Part shown: piece by piece, positions 23,120 through 36,334 of the stretch | How the letters are laid out: the number at the start of each line of letters is the position of its first letter | Position numbering within the stretch: the stretch's first letter is position 1 | Source of the DNA: Bugula neritina | Taxonomy: Eukaryota; Animalia; Bryozoa | Length of the DNA: 64,000 nucleotides | Direction of reading: 5' to 3' | Assembly: GCA_964035545.1 (NCBI GenBank) | Contig: OZ037769.1 | Location: forward strand, 10,012,633-10,076,632 | Position numbers and translations under genes: made by a program | The notes under the pieces: model-generated | What the model saw: the letters and a program-made list of their open reading frames with translations, nothing else | The model's database searches: none | Told to the model about the DNA's origin: nothing

Positions 23120-25969
23120 GTATACGTACATCTATATATGTATATATATGCACATATGCTCAATATATGCATGTATGTAGTGCATACACAGTATATGCAT
23201 GCTAACTAATAACAATAAATACTGGAAGGATGTGATGCAATATTAATTAAACTATTATATGCTGAATGATTCTGGATAACAGATAGGTTTGGCAGGGCGA
23301 CAAGGGTTGATATTTGAACTTATCTGGCACTCTTATGCTACCAGATATTCCACTGATTCAATCTCAACTGTTACACTCCAGTTACCTTCTGCAAGTTCTA
23401 CACAGCAGCAGGGAACTAAGATGGTTGTAGCTGTAAAATAGTCTTTGAGTGTTTATACACACTACTTAATCAGCGGCTATCACTTCTCACTTAACAAAAA
23501 GTATTCAGTGAGCGAGTAGCAAAATAGTGGCCCACTTCACTGTCTAGACTCTACCCTCTGGTTGTTTTTTTAAATAAACGTTGTTTTAATTTAAACTCAT
23601 AAACTTTGAGTTTTTAGGCTAACTCATTATACCCTGTGCATAGATTTTAGCATATATATGAACTGGAGACTAATTTTACATGTGTGCATGTTCCAATTAG
23701 TCATTTAGACTAAGTCTGTTTATATTACAAGGCAGTGAAACTATGTTTTGGCTGCCGTATTCTATGAAATTACCAAAAGTTATTGCAAAACAAAGAATGA
23801 GTATTCCTATAAAATGTGATAGTTGTTGCTAAGGGTGTGCTCTTTTTATTGCTAGGGTTGTGTTCTCATTTCAATAGTTGCATTCCTATTATTATCATTA
23901 GAGATGCATTGTCATTATTATTAATGTTGGTCCTTTGGCAGCTAAGTTGCGTAGTTTGTGCTAAATATGGCCGTTTCAAACAGGTTTTGTCCAATGAGAG
24001 AGCATATATTGCATGTTTAAACTGCATAAGTGAGAATTAAAAAATATCATTATAATATTTACACATAATGAAATATCAATGTGCATAACGCTAAGTTTCT
24101 CATCAGCTTTAATCTCTTAAGCATAAACTTTAATCAGAGGGAAAGTAAAGTAGTTGCTAGACATCTTTTAACAGAAACTAGACAAACCAATGCCATGAAT
24201 AGCTCTGAGTTGGTATTATATCTATCAGCTGGAATATCATACCTAACCTTTACCAATTAAATTGATAGTTCAAAATAATGGAAGTAGTTCACTTATAGGA
24301 TTAGTATAATTCTGAATAAACTGAAATGCAGCTCTGTTTACCTGCACTAATCAAAACTGTAGCAGGCAAAGTTCTTTCACTGCATATTCTACTTTACCTT
24401 TATTTTTACTTTTTTTTCAATTCAAGATTACATAACTTTGCTATTAAAAACTATGATGGCCCTATTTCTGTAAGGGCAGGAGTATGTGTGTTATGTTATA
24501 TCACTGAGAGGCATCCACTTACATGCTTTACTAATCATTTTATATACAGATTAACTTTGATAGCAACAGATGAAGACTGTTTATAAGTGTTATTTGTTGA
24601 TTGCAGCTAATTACAATGCTAACTGTACACTGCAGCATGCCCATGGTCATTAGTGCATCAACTATGCTCCCATCATGCAGCCTACAAAGTTACTGTAACT
24701 AAGAGCAGTGAGATGAATGGAAGATTTAGTGCCATAGGTAGTGCAAAAATGAAAAGGCATGTTTTTTTACAAAATCCAAAGCAGGTAAAGCTAGAGTTTA
24801 GTATAAGGTGGTTATAGTACTCGACTTCATTTGACATTTTATTCAAGTAAAAATACTTTAATCCAATAAGATGCTTAATATTTCATTTTCTAAAAATGGG
24901 TATCTAGCTACTTTTCACAATAATTTCCTAATTTTATTAATAGCTGTATTCTGTACTTTTGAAACAATAAATTGTGTCATAGTGGGCCCCGTGTGCATCA
25001 CGTGGCATCTAAATGGCAGAAGCTGGTCAAAGATTTATTCTTGAGTGTTACAAACCTAATACCCAAAATATTATGTCCCTGAGAATGCTTATACTTTACT
25101 AGAAAATTCTAATTTAGAATCCCTCGCCTTCTAACTAATTACTTTTTTAGGAGTTATGTTTTATCTACGGTAAAGAAAACATTTTAATTAAAAACTCTAA
25201 ACTGGTCCTGCGGAGGTGTTTTATGCTCTGCCTAAAGTTAACAGTTGTACTACACCACTACTGCACTCTATTACATATCATTTTAAAAAATATTATTACT
25301 TGATCTAATTACAAGCTTTTAACCTTAGTGATATGCAGAACAATCATTTGCAATCTATTACAAGAAGCGCACTTCCATCATATCCTGAGTGTGCTTACTT
25401 TGTATCTTAGGAAGAGTGTGGCTTTGTAAATGTCAGCTGGACTACAAGAATAACAAACATGACTGGGAAATAGAATTTATCATAGCATGTAACATCAAAC
25501 AGGCAATATGCAATGAGTATAGTATTATAAAGAGTAAGGAGAAACTCTGCATGCATATCTTATCCTGAAAACTATAATAAAAAGCTTACTGAGCTAGCTT
25601 ATAAGTAAAGTGGTAGGTGTTGATATGCTGATTCCGCTACAACCTTATGTAATATCTACTGCAAACAATATTTACACGCTATACTCTGAAAAGAAATTTA
25701 CTGTAAGTATAAACTTACTGTACAATTATTACTTTTAGATATTAATCTGATTAAGCTGAATTCATAACATTAATTTCATTCAAGTGCACTGAATATATTA
25801 TTAGCAAATTTTATTGCCAATTTATTGTATAACTTTGTGTGCTGTATGTGACTGGTGCATGTAATGTTATTTCTTATAGGTTCATACAAATTATGAATAA
25901 TCACTCAATTCCATTATTCAATAAACTTTACAAAAAGATAAATGTATACCAAAGTTAATAAATACTTGA

Positions 25970-26075
25970 TAGACACACTTGGTAGACACGCTTGGTAGAC
26001 ACGCTTGGTAGACACACTTGGTAGACACACTTGCATGTAGACACACTTGCATGTAGACACACTTGGTAGACACAT
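25970..26075. repeat. 13-16 bp minisatellite (GTAGACACACTTG)
   Basis: ~7 copies. Confidence 0.85.
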
Positions 26076-27644
26076 ATATTAGACTTGGGTATCCAGTTTT
26101 TAAAACTCATATACGTGTAGATCCCACTGTTATTGCTGACTGAACCTCTAATTCTACTTTAGCCAACGCTTGTCTCTATGAATGCCAAGTTACATCTTGC
26201 TCACCTTATGTAGTTATTAGACAAATCAATAGTAAGTTGGGTATAATTTACCCTGCAAACCAGCCAAAAAACATCAATTGAAAGCTATGCTAATATAATT
26301 AACATTAATCAGAGTCTAAAAAAAGCAGGAGCTGTCAACTCGTGAAGTTATACTTCTTATTCCTGTTACTGATTATACATCAACTTTATCAATAGTTTCA
26401 TAATTGATTGGACGCAATACAGATATCTGAGACATATAAAGGAGAACCAACCAGTTGACCATGCTAATCGATGTAATAGGAAATCTATGCAGAATTCCAA
26501 TTCTTGTTTTTCATCAAATATCTTGATTATCTGAATTGTTTCTCTTTCATTATTCAAAAAACTGGCAAATCAAATAAATATAAATAACACAATGTGCTTC
26601 ATAGCACAATATATGATATAAAACTATAAACTGGTAATTAAAGTGTGTTTTACATAACTAAGTATTAGCTGCTGTCACAAGAACGGGTTATTTGCTTTTA
26701 TTATTTAATAAATTTTCAAAGCTACACCATTATTGGTGGTCTCTTTAACTTAGCGTGTTATGTACAGGTATATTGTAGACTGTAAACTTGGCAATTCTAA
26801 ATTAAAGGTGTCGGTCATGAATTTAATTACTGCAAACCTCTAGAACGCTGACGTAATATGCATTATTAGGACAGCAGAGTGAGTGAAAGAAAAGAACTGT
26901 GATAAAACTGTTAAAAGCCTTGCTGTAGTTTTCTCTCCCATAGAGAGCTAATCATAGTAATAGCTGGGAGCTAGTGTGCATCTTATATATGATACAGAAT
27001 TGTCTTAAAAATTTTATATATAGGGATTGTTTTATTAGTCCGTAGCTTATAATACCCCTTCCCTAGCAGGCATGCTCTTCAATTGATTATATATTTAATA
27101 CTTGTGATTATGAGCATATGAACAGCTACTATAGAACAGTTTTAGTACTGCTGTCTATGCCATTTCTTTCAGCAATATTGTTGATAAATATTATAATAAT
27201 GAGCTTTATATTAGGTGATAAAATATACAAGTTATATTATGAAGGGTTTGTATGTGGTATATTGCTATACACTAGCAAAATCTGTAGATTAGCCATAAAT
27301 GTTTTGCAAATGAATCAGTAACAGGAGTTTGAAGTTGGCTTTCACATCATTTCTCTTGCCTATAGAGGAGGGTTTAGCAGGGGCTGAGTTTAGTCAAACT
27401 CAAGTTCTCAGGAGGCTTGAAAATACGTTGTCGGTCTTGTCATTAGCCAAATCAAGATAATTGGAATTGGCAGCATTCATGAGTAGCAGTCATAGGTTCC
27501 CAGATTATTAGAAAGACGTGGGTAGCATTTATTTTGCTGTCATCAAGGAAAGTCAGCAGAATTAGCTATACTCTATACTCAGCATGTAGCGCTGACATTT
27601 TTGTCTTCTGAAAGCTTTGTACGTCTTCCCTGATTCACGTCAAC

Positions 27645-27965
27645 ATGCATTCTCTCGTATCTTCGTCAGCTTCATCAGCTAGCTTCTACCGGAATGCAAG
27701 GAGGAGTAGATCTGCCAGCGTGTCTGTTTATGCATCACAAAGACGATATTCAAACGTAACGGACACACACAAGTACCTTTTGTCATCGGCTTCTAATTTA
27801 GCAGCTCGCAGACACAGCATGGCTACAACTCTGGTTGCTAGCAATGCTGCCAAAAACAGTGCACCAGCTCTAGAGGACAAGAGTGAAAAAGCCAAACTGA
27901 TTGATTTTGGTGATCCAATTTCTTCAAGAACTCTAACTGTTGAAGAATCTTTTAAGAGAATGGAG
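27645..27965 (+). CDS. DPP10: DPP10-like alternative first coding exon B (107-aa Ser/Arg-rich cytoplasmic tail)
   Basis: CAACATG start; 321-nt open frame of coding-like composition; phase-0 donor GAG|GTAAGG. Confidence 0.7.
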
Positions 27966-28017
27966 GTAAGGAGATGTTTTAATATTCATATATTGAACAA
28001 CAGAAAGTATTAGAGGT

Positions 28018-28153
28018 AGGTGCAGTAATGGGAAATTGAAAGAAGCCTGTGTTCCAGATTAGAAATGTATCAACAGAAAGTATGTTCCCCAACCATAAAT
28101 TTTTTAGTAGATTTAAAAAACTTAGACTAATAAAATTGTTCACTGCTGTTCCT
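28018..28153. mobile_element. Short MITE, copy 1 (TIR ~AGGAGCAGTAATGG)
   Basis: AGGTGCAGTAATGG...CACTGCTGTTCCT; alignable with 28356-28516 (shared AGATTAGAAATGTA, AGACTA). Confidence 0.55.
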
Positions 28154-28355
28154 AAGAGAGGTTTTGCAGTAGTTGACTTGTCCATTTGATTTTCAACTGG
28201 TACATGGTCCATAGCTATGTTTTGTATAATAGCTAGGTACTTGGCACTTGCACATAGTGCTTCAGGTACAGCTATACATTATACATAATAAACTTTAGTT
28301 GTCAATGTTTTGCCATAAATGAACTATAGTTTTAATAATGCAGTTTGTAGCATGT

Positions 28356-28516
28356 AGGTACAGTTATGGAGAATTTGAGAAAAGTCTATGTTTTAGATTA
28401 GAAATGTAATAAAAGAAGTTATTTTCTCACGAGAGTTTCAACCCCCACTCCAAACCAAAATTTAATAAAAGAAGTTAAAGAACTAAGACTATCTTAGTTT
28501 TTCCATTACTGCTCCT
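28356..28516. mobile_element. Short MITE, copy 2 (same family)
   Basis: AGGTACAGTTATGG...CCATTACTGCTCCT. Confidence 0.55.
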
Positions 28517-29434
28517 AAATGTTTTATAGACCACAAACAACAGTTTTGCACCTATATAATTGTAGCTGGTGTAGTTTACTGGGTAGTAGATAGTATAGCA
28601 GCTTAATTTGTGTAAGCAGAAAATTTCACAAATATATGAGCATATAATTAACTATAGAATGTTTGAAAATACATCGTATAACCATAATTATTTGAGATGA
28701 CAGAGTTTCTCAAGAAAATTTAAATAATGTCACAATAAATACACAAAAATATAATTTTGATACAACCTGTCAAAAAATTGTTTTTTAATTATATCGGGAA
28801 AAGTATTTTCTGTTAAAGTTGTAGTCTGACCTAAAAGATTAAGTCATGCTTTGTCTTAAAATGGAACACACCAAGTCTAATGCTTCAACTGTTATTTTTC
28901 ATAGTGCAGGTTATATCTCTATCCTATTATATAAGTAGCCTGTGAACTTATGAAAATATATATTCATCCTCTTCACAACAGGCCTAGGTCAATCTGGGTT
29001 TATTTATTGATTATTAGTTTTGCAACCAAGTTTCTCTATCCAAACAAAATACCTTAAACAATTTTAGTAATAAATAAAGGAAACAGTACACAAATCTCAC
29101 TCTTTTCATCTTCCAAGCTATACAAGAGTAAGTGGTAGTATTATATTACTTTTTTTCGATTATAGATTAAAAACAAATTAATGATGGCTGTAACTAAACA
29201 AAAATCACTATTGAGTTGATGATTGGTATAGATTGATATGTATTGCATTTAGTAAACAGCAAAGTCATAAACATTAAATTCCGAGACTTGAAATATGTTA
29301 TAAAAATCTTAGAAGTTGCATCTATTTTTATAAAAAGTTAGTGTTGATTTAAATAACAAGTGAGGTATAAATGTAGTCAGCATTATTATATATAACACTC
29401 AATAGTCATATCTACAGAACAACAGAAATAGGAG

Positions 29435-29435
<1 letters not shown>

Positions 29436-29510
<75 letters not shown>
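29436..29510. repeat. (TA)n microsatellite
   Basis: Direct inspection. Confidence 0.95.
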
Positions 29511-29638
29511 ATTTTTGTAACTTCAAAGTTGTCCTCTCTCAATATGATGAAATACTGAAAATTGATAGCCTGATAAATTAAGGCTGCAGCTATGAAACTG
29601 TTTGATTGCCCATTCAACCATGTCAATTGCAATAGTAG

Positions 29639-29930
29639 CCCCCTATTCACACTTACCGTATCTGCACGCCGTAACAGCAAATATCAGCCATTTTTAACGT
29701 GTCCGGGCTGAAGTTTTCAAAGTCCGCTATTAGGTACGATCTATGACACTTCATTGGACAATTATATCCAATGAAATAACGCAAAAGTTTTTCTGTCCAA
29801 TAGGAGTTCGCTGTAACTTATTCAAATCAATCAGTGCTTGATCCTACCGTACCGCAACACCATACAGGAAGCTCAGACATTTGTAAAAATGGCTGTTACG
29901 GTGTACGATACGGTAAGTGTGAATAGGGGG
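29639..29930. mobile_element. PIF/Harbinger-like MITE, intact copy
   Basis: 24-bp TIR CCCCCTATTCACACTTACCGTATC / GATACGGTAAGTGTGAATAGGGGG; 3-bp TSD TAG on both sides. Confidence 0.85.
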
Positions 29931-30212
29931 TAGAAGTTCGTCAGGTGAACCCACGGCCACTGCTGGGTTATTCAACATTCTGCAACATTCTTTTCTAAAC
30001 ACTTTGAGCCAGTAACTTACCACACTTTGTTGTCACAAGAATAATTAATGGCTATCATCATTCTTTCTAAGAAAATACTCAGGTGGCTGCCTCAATCACC
30101 ACAACATGGTAGCTTACCAACAGTAATCATTGAATATAACTGCAATGTTGTGTATCTTTAATATCTAAATTAGTTATAGTATATCTCTATCAGTATTTAG
30201 TGCCAGTGTACC

Positions 30213-30416
30213 TACACAAGTTTATTATAGTCACCATTTCTGTGAGAAACCCCTGATAGAACGGGTTTTTGGTGAATCGGGCTAAGAATTTATTCAGATG
30301 GGGCACAGGAGCAATTATGCTTTTCCTAACATCACCAATAGCCTTTGTAGGTTTTGAACCCATCATTTTGTGCTTACTTAGCCAACGCTCTAACCCCTGA
30401 ACCACTGCTGCTCTCT
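30213..30416 (-). mobile_element. tRNA-derived SINE (same family)
   Basis: Reverse complement has GGTTCAGGGGTTAGAGCG, GGTTCAAAACC, TTGCTCCTGTGCCCCATCTGAATAA and TTCTCACAG. Confidence 0.85.
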
Positions 30417-31867
30417 ATTTAGTACCAGTGTACTGTTAATAAATAAAATGTAATAATCAATAATGCAAAGTTCTGCAAGTATGTTTGTAAGAATGGCACC
30501 TGTGCTAATGGAAATCTTTTATCTGCTGCTTGCCATTTTATTTCAACATTTGTTTGCAGCACAACTTTCTGCATGTAACTTTTTTGCATTACAATTAATA
30601 TTTGCAATTATCAATTTGGTATACATAGACTCAGGAGTATCTTAACACTCGCAGAATATTGTGACTAGCAGTTCCCAGCCTGTAATTGTGAGAGCAAAAG
30701 TATTGGTACTTAGCCTTTTAGATGAGAGCTCCTCATACCCAGTCTAAATACAGCATCACACATTTAGTAAAAACGTTTTTGAATTATTATACTCGAATGA
30801 TTTTACAGACAAGTCAATTTAACTGACTTTTGACCCTCAAGAAGTTTGCCCTTTCTACACTGTTACACGCAGAAGTTATTTTCTTTTAGACTTCATGAAG
30901 TGTTTCAGGGATAAGGTATAAAGGATTTCTTATTACTCTCTTCATATGCAGCTAAAACTCATGCAGTTTTAAAGCATTATGCATAGTGATTATTATAGAC
31001 TATCCCAATTGCATTTCATCGATCAGATTAATAGACTTTTCAGAATGCATGCCTGGTTGGAGCAATAAAATTAGTATCAATTGCAACTTAATATGGTATA
31101 TTGATTTTATTACAAGGTTATGGTTGAATGACCTATCTAAGGTCAAATCCAGCTGGAAAGCTCGCATATTATTCAAGATATAGTATTTGAAACACATATA
31201 TGCAGAAATGCAGACTTATCTGATGATAAAAGGATTTTGCACCTAACAACAGAGTTATAGATGACTAGTGTATTCCACTGGTTGCATATGAGTAATGTAA
31301 CAACACAGACTCAATATTGAAGAACAGTTATTACTACAGGTTTTTCAAATATCAAATGAAATTAATAGTGGAATATTACTATTTGTAATTTTACGCTTTA
31401 AGCTCTCTTTTAACCTTCACTTCGAAAGCAAGTACTTGTTTGTGTGATGACAAAATTCAAGTGCAGCTTAGGTTCCTTGTATTAACATTTTAACTTTCTC
31501 AGCCTACTTTCTGATCCCCCAATAGAAGCATTATTTCTGAAGCACACAGTCTTTTTCTCATTATATATTATAATTATATTCCCAATCTAGTCTAAATTCC
31601 GTTCAACAGTAACGGATTTACTATAATAAGTATCTTGCTTTTAAATTTGCTTACATCAGTGTTCTCAAGTCCCTAGCACTCTCTAAGTAACCTGTTCAGC
31701 TCAATATTTTTTATTACACAAAAGAATACAATTACTTTTTTTTAATCCATATACAGAAAATTAGCTCCAGAACATTATACTCTCAATTTTAATGATGATT
31801 TTTCCTTTCAGTTTTGTCAGAGCAAAAATAGCAAGTTTGAGCATCTTTTAATGTGTATATGTTTGTA

Positions 31868-31990
31868 TTCTAATTATAGTTATTTACTACTGTTTGTAGT
31901 CTAATTATAGTTATTTACTACTGTTTGTAGTCTAATTATAATTATTTACTACTAGCTGTTTGTAGTCTAACTATAGTTATTTACTACATG
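31868..31990. repeat. 31-bp minisatellite (TCTAATTATAGTTATTTACTACTGTTTGTAG) x~4
   Basis: Direct inspection. Confidence 0.9.
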
Positions 31991-32819
31991 CTTCATTGTT
32001 GTAAATGATCAGCTAATTATGTATTCATGCAGAATCATAGAGAGTTGAGACATATCTAAGTTATTATATATGTTATAATTGAATACGTACATGCTGTGTG
32101 CCGGGGAATCTCATTATTTGGTGTGATATATATGTCATTAAGTTCAATGTATATATTCAATGTATATATTCAATGTATATATTCCAACATACAGGAGCAG
32201 TAAGCAGGAATTCAACTATACACCTACTGTTTTCATTGAAGGAGAATCTTTACTTTCTAAACTCAACAGATTATTTTTCAAACATGCAGTTGATTTAACA
32301 ATATCTATATTATTTACCACTAAGCTGTTTTAAATCAGCTCATAGCTGCTGCCAGCAAATTCTATTCTGCTAACTCAACAAAGTAGACTGGATTGAAGCT
32401 TAAATATTTTAAATGTTGTCATGATCATTTGATACTTCTATTGAATCTACTTCTACTTGCAATAAGAAATCACCAGCACTTGTTGAATAAAACCAGGCTA
32501 ATTCTCTACAAAATGATAGGCAAATCATGGAAAAGTATGCTTACTAACTTCAGCAGCTGCTCTCTATCATGTGAAACTAGTTTAGACTGTCTAGTTCTAA
32601 TTTGATTTTAGGTGAGTGAACTAGTGATCATCAAGATAGAAAATTGCAATAAGACGTTAAGTAATAGGTCATAGGTTGCTTTAGTAGTAAAACAGCGCAT
32701 TCTAAGTGTAGTCGGTCGCACCCCATTATAGATGAGCTGTATTAACAATTATTATTATGTAGTGTCAAGTTTCCTTAGTACTTATGAAGCAGGATAGCAG
32801 TTGAAATAGAGCAATGATC

Positions 32820-32950
32820 TCAGAGTTCATAGTGATAGTCCTGGAGTTCATAGTGATAGTCTTGGAGTCTATAGTAATAGTCTGAGAGTTCATAGTGATA
32901 GTCCTGGAGTCTATAGTGATAGTCTGAGAGTTCATAGTGATAGTCTGAGA
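32820..32950. repeat. 21-bp minisatellite (GAGTTCATAGTGATAGTCCTG) x~6
   Basis: Direct inspection. Confidence 0.9.
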
Positions 32951-35392
32951 ACAGTAATGTTGGAGGTACGTAAGTAAAGGAGAACTCAAGGAAAGCCTCT
33001 GTTTTAGCTAACAAATCAAAATTCACAGACAATCAACTATCTTATAGAGTTACTGCATGTAAATGTAATGTATAGCATAACATGCTCAGCTACTATTTCT
33101 ATGTATTTCATTATAATATAGTTTAGATTGTTTTAGAAATTTTGAATAATTTTAGAGCTAAATAGCATTTTTACTTACTGCTGCCTAATTGAAGTAGACT
33201 GCAAATTTAAAATTTTCAGCTGTCATAAAAATTTAAACCAAATCTACAAAGCTACTAAATATTATTACATGCATACAAATAAAACTATATGTTTTTAATA
33301 GCCCTACTGCTATAGTAATAGTTGTCTGAGTAGTACCTGGTTAATGGAAACTAAATATGTAGCTAATTGACTGCAGTTTGATAAAGCTACTATATAATTA
33401 CTAATGAAAACCCCAATAGGCAATTGATGGGAATTTCAATCACCCTAATCTATGCTCATTCAAATATTTTGGGCACCTTATAGTGCAATGGTGTTGAGTC
33501 ACTGCTGCTGTTACTACTCTGCACTAACTTTAGGGTTTTCTGTTCCTTTTCATAGTTGTAGATTATAGTCATTCTATAAAAGTGGTTATGTCATTAGTAA
33601 TAAACAACTATAAGATAAGTTAACCAAATCTGTCAGTTGCAATATATTGCCAGAGAATTTACCGAATGTAACATAAAATAAGTAGCAAAGTTTTGAAGTT
33701 GAGATAAAATAGATCTTAGAAGATATCTAGCTTGATGCAGACTAAAACTCTCTTTTAAGTATTTATTGAGCCAGCCTGCTATCAAATACTATGATACTTT
33801 TTCTTGTAACTATTTTTATAATTGTAGATAATTCCATAATTTTGTTTTATTGAAAGGGCGAAGCTTATTAATTTATAAACTTAATTGATGCAAATTTGTA
33901 AATACAATCACAGCTTAATACAAAATTTTACAAAAAAAAATATTTTTCTTGAAAATAATTTTTTCAACAGCTTTACTTTATTTATGTAAATAACTTACTG
34001 GCACAGCTTATAATGTTTTTCTATTTATTTCTTAACAGCATTTGTTTTTGCTTTTTAAACAAGAAAAAGCTGTTGTCAGAAAAATGTGATATACCCATCA
34101 CCCACTTCTCTTCATTTAATTGTTTAACATGCATATGTCATTCATATATAAGGTGTTTGATTGTGATTGTTTATGTTGGAATCCAGTTCCAGAAGAACTT
34201 TTATTGAACTGCTTTGCATTTGTTTATCACTCTATTCTCCATAAATAGTTAATAACACGCACGGGGCCTGTTACTAATGAAGTTGAAAGTATTTATTACT
34301 ATTATACATTATTATATCAACCATATTCTTAAGCCATCAACTGCATTGGATTGTTAAAGCATATCCGGGTGTTAAGGTATTTGATGTTTTATTTAATTAA
34401 GGTGGTTTCAAGATAACAAGGGTGCTAGGGGTGAGAAAATTAAGTGATATTTCTGCAGTATGAATTTTAGCTGTTAGGATACCTTTTAGCTGTTTCCAAC
34501 TGATGTAAGAAAATTTACTATAGTGTTATGCAACATTATAAGCACTGCTATAATCATAGTTTTGATGTATAATGGTATGTATTCTATATGCATTATATAT
34601 ATTATAATTATTAATATCAGGTTGTTGTAAATATAATACACCAAGGTATATTATCCAATCAAATTACCAGTTATCTTTTAGTGAACAGCATTTTATAGAT
34701 TTCAGGTAAATTTACTTATCTATAATAAGCTGCTGCCAATGACCTGCTGTTATTATAGGTACAAGCATGCTACATTCCAGTAATAGCTAAGTCATTCTAT
34801 ATAAATGTTCCTGTCTATTATCATGAATAAAGTTGTATTGATTGAGATATAACTTTATTCATTCAATTTGAACCTTTACTCTCATAATAATGGACAGAGA
34901 CTGTGAAGAAACTGTGAGTAATGGCGACTTTAAATTCATACCAGATATCAGTACAGAAATATGTTATGTCTAAAATAATATTGATAATTTTTGCTGTAAT
35001 ATATACTCAAAATTTGCTAGGAACAATGCAGCTTGTACAGTAATATTATGCATTGTCTAATTGTTGCTATAATTTAAGGGGAGCAAATGTTTAACAATCA
35101 GTGTAACTTTTAGTACTGTGGGTGTTGCTGATCCATAAAACAGCTGAGCATTTGTAGCATTTTATAACATATGACAAATAAATGGGGGGAATAAACTATA
35201 GAATATATTGGCTATAGCGTAGCTACTGATTTGATGCATGTGTTAAGTTAAATTTGTTGGTATCAACTTTAAAGCAATAGTTGATATTTAAAACCAATTA
35301 CATCTTTTGTTAAAGTATTTGCTGTAAGAAATTGGAAAATTGAGGCTCTATAGTCAATTGCAAATATTATTGCATAATTATTAAATTAACCT

Positions 35393-35610
35393 TAGCAACC
35401 ATGTGGTCCTGGGGCTAGAGCGTTTGCCTATTATGTACAAAGTCATCGGTTCAAACCCGACCAAGGCCATTAGTGATGTTAGGTAAGAGCATCCAGTCAA
35501 AATTGCTCCTGCGCCCCATCTGAATAAGTCCTTAGCCCGATTTAACAAAAAAACCTTTCTCTTAGAGGCTTTCTCACAGGGATGGTAACTATAAACTTGC
35601 GTAAATTTTT
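35393..35610 (+). mobile_element. tRNA-derived SINE
   Basis: A-box-like TGGTCCTGGGGCTAGAGCG; B box GGTTCAAACCC; core AAGAGCATCCAGTC...TTGCTCCTG...TGAATAAGTCCTTA; tail TTCTCACAGGGAT...TAAACTTG. Four copies in the window. Confidence 0.85.
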
Positions 35611-35732
35611 GTTAAATTAATAGCTGACTCAGTAATTGAAACTTGCTTCAATTGTATTTATAATAATTAGCCTACTACGAACATAAATTTGTTCAATATA
35701 ATAAATCTATTTTCAAGCAATATCACTACTAC

Positions 35733-35886
35733 TAGCAGTGATAGCAGTGGAAGTAGTGATAGAAAAGGAATTAGTAATAGCAGTGGAAGTAGTGATAGCA
35801 GTGGAAGTAGTGATAGCAGTGGAAGTAGTGATAGCAGTGGAAGTAGTGATAGCAGTGGAAGTAGTGATAGCAGTGGAAGTAGTGAT
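35733..35886. repeat. 18-bp minisatellite (AGTAGTGATAGCAGTGGA)
   Basis: ~8 copies; gives a spurious SSGSSD ORF. Confidence 0.9.
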
Positions 35887-36334
35887 CAAAGAGGAAGCAA
35901 TCTGCAACTTATGATTTATGTGTAACTGATTGCCATTTAATAAAAAATCTTTAAAAAAAGTTTCAAAAAGTTACGAAAACAGTATAGTATATGCAGGAGA
36001 TAGATAAAAAAATAAAAAGTTATAAATATAAAAATATGTTATATCTTAAGGTAGATTCTGGTTGTAGCTTACAAATATTCAACAAAGAGTTGAAAAAGTG
36101 CTGTGTCTTAGTATCATCGTAGGGTTAGAGTTTGATGAATTAACCTAAAAAACTTCTCTTTAATCATTTAGTCATAATTTTATTGAAAAAAAAATGTTCT
36201 ATCAATACATATGCATTAGAATATCAATTTTTTACTCTTGTTTACTCTCTTAAATACTGAAATATGCTTTGTAAAGTTAAAAAAGATTTTTGGCTCTAAT
36301 TTAAAAGTAAGGGTTAAGTTATATGGAAAAAACT

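Noticed and set aside
26366-26557. Minus-strand ORFs 26366-26557, 38078-38296 and 55487-55693 as a nested antisense gene
   Set aside because: No consistent splice sites or homology; 38078-38296 coincides with the pyrimidine-rich promoter region of exon C.
31444-31514. C/D box snoRNA (GTGATGA...CTGA)
   Set aside because: No terminal stem, no clear C'/D' boxes, no recognisable rRNA complementarity.
35400-35470. tRNA gene
   Set aside because: A/B boxes are present but there is no cloverleaf, and it continues into a shared SINE body found in four copies.
35689-35925. SSGSSD-repeat protein (DSPP-like)
   Set aside because: 18-bp minisatellite translation from a non-ATG start.
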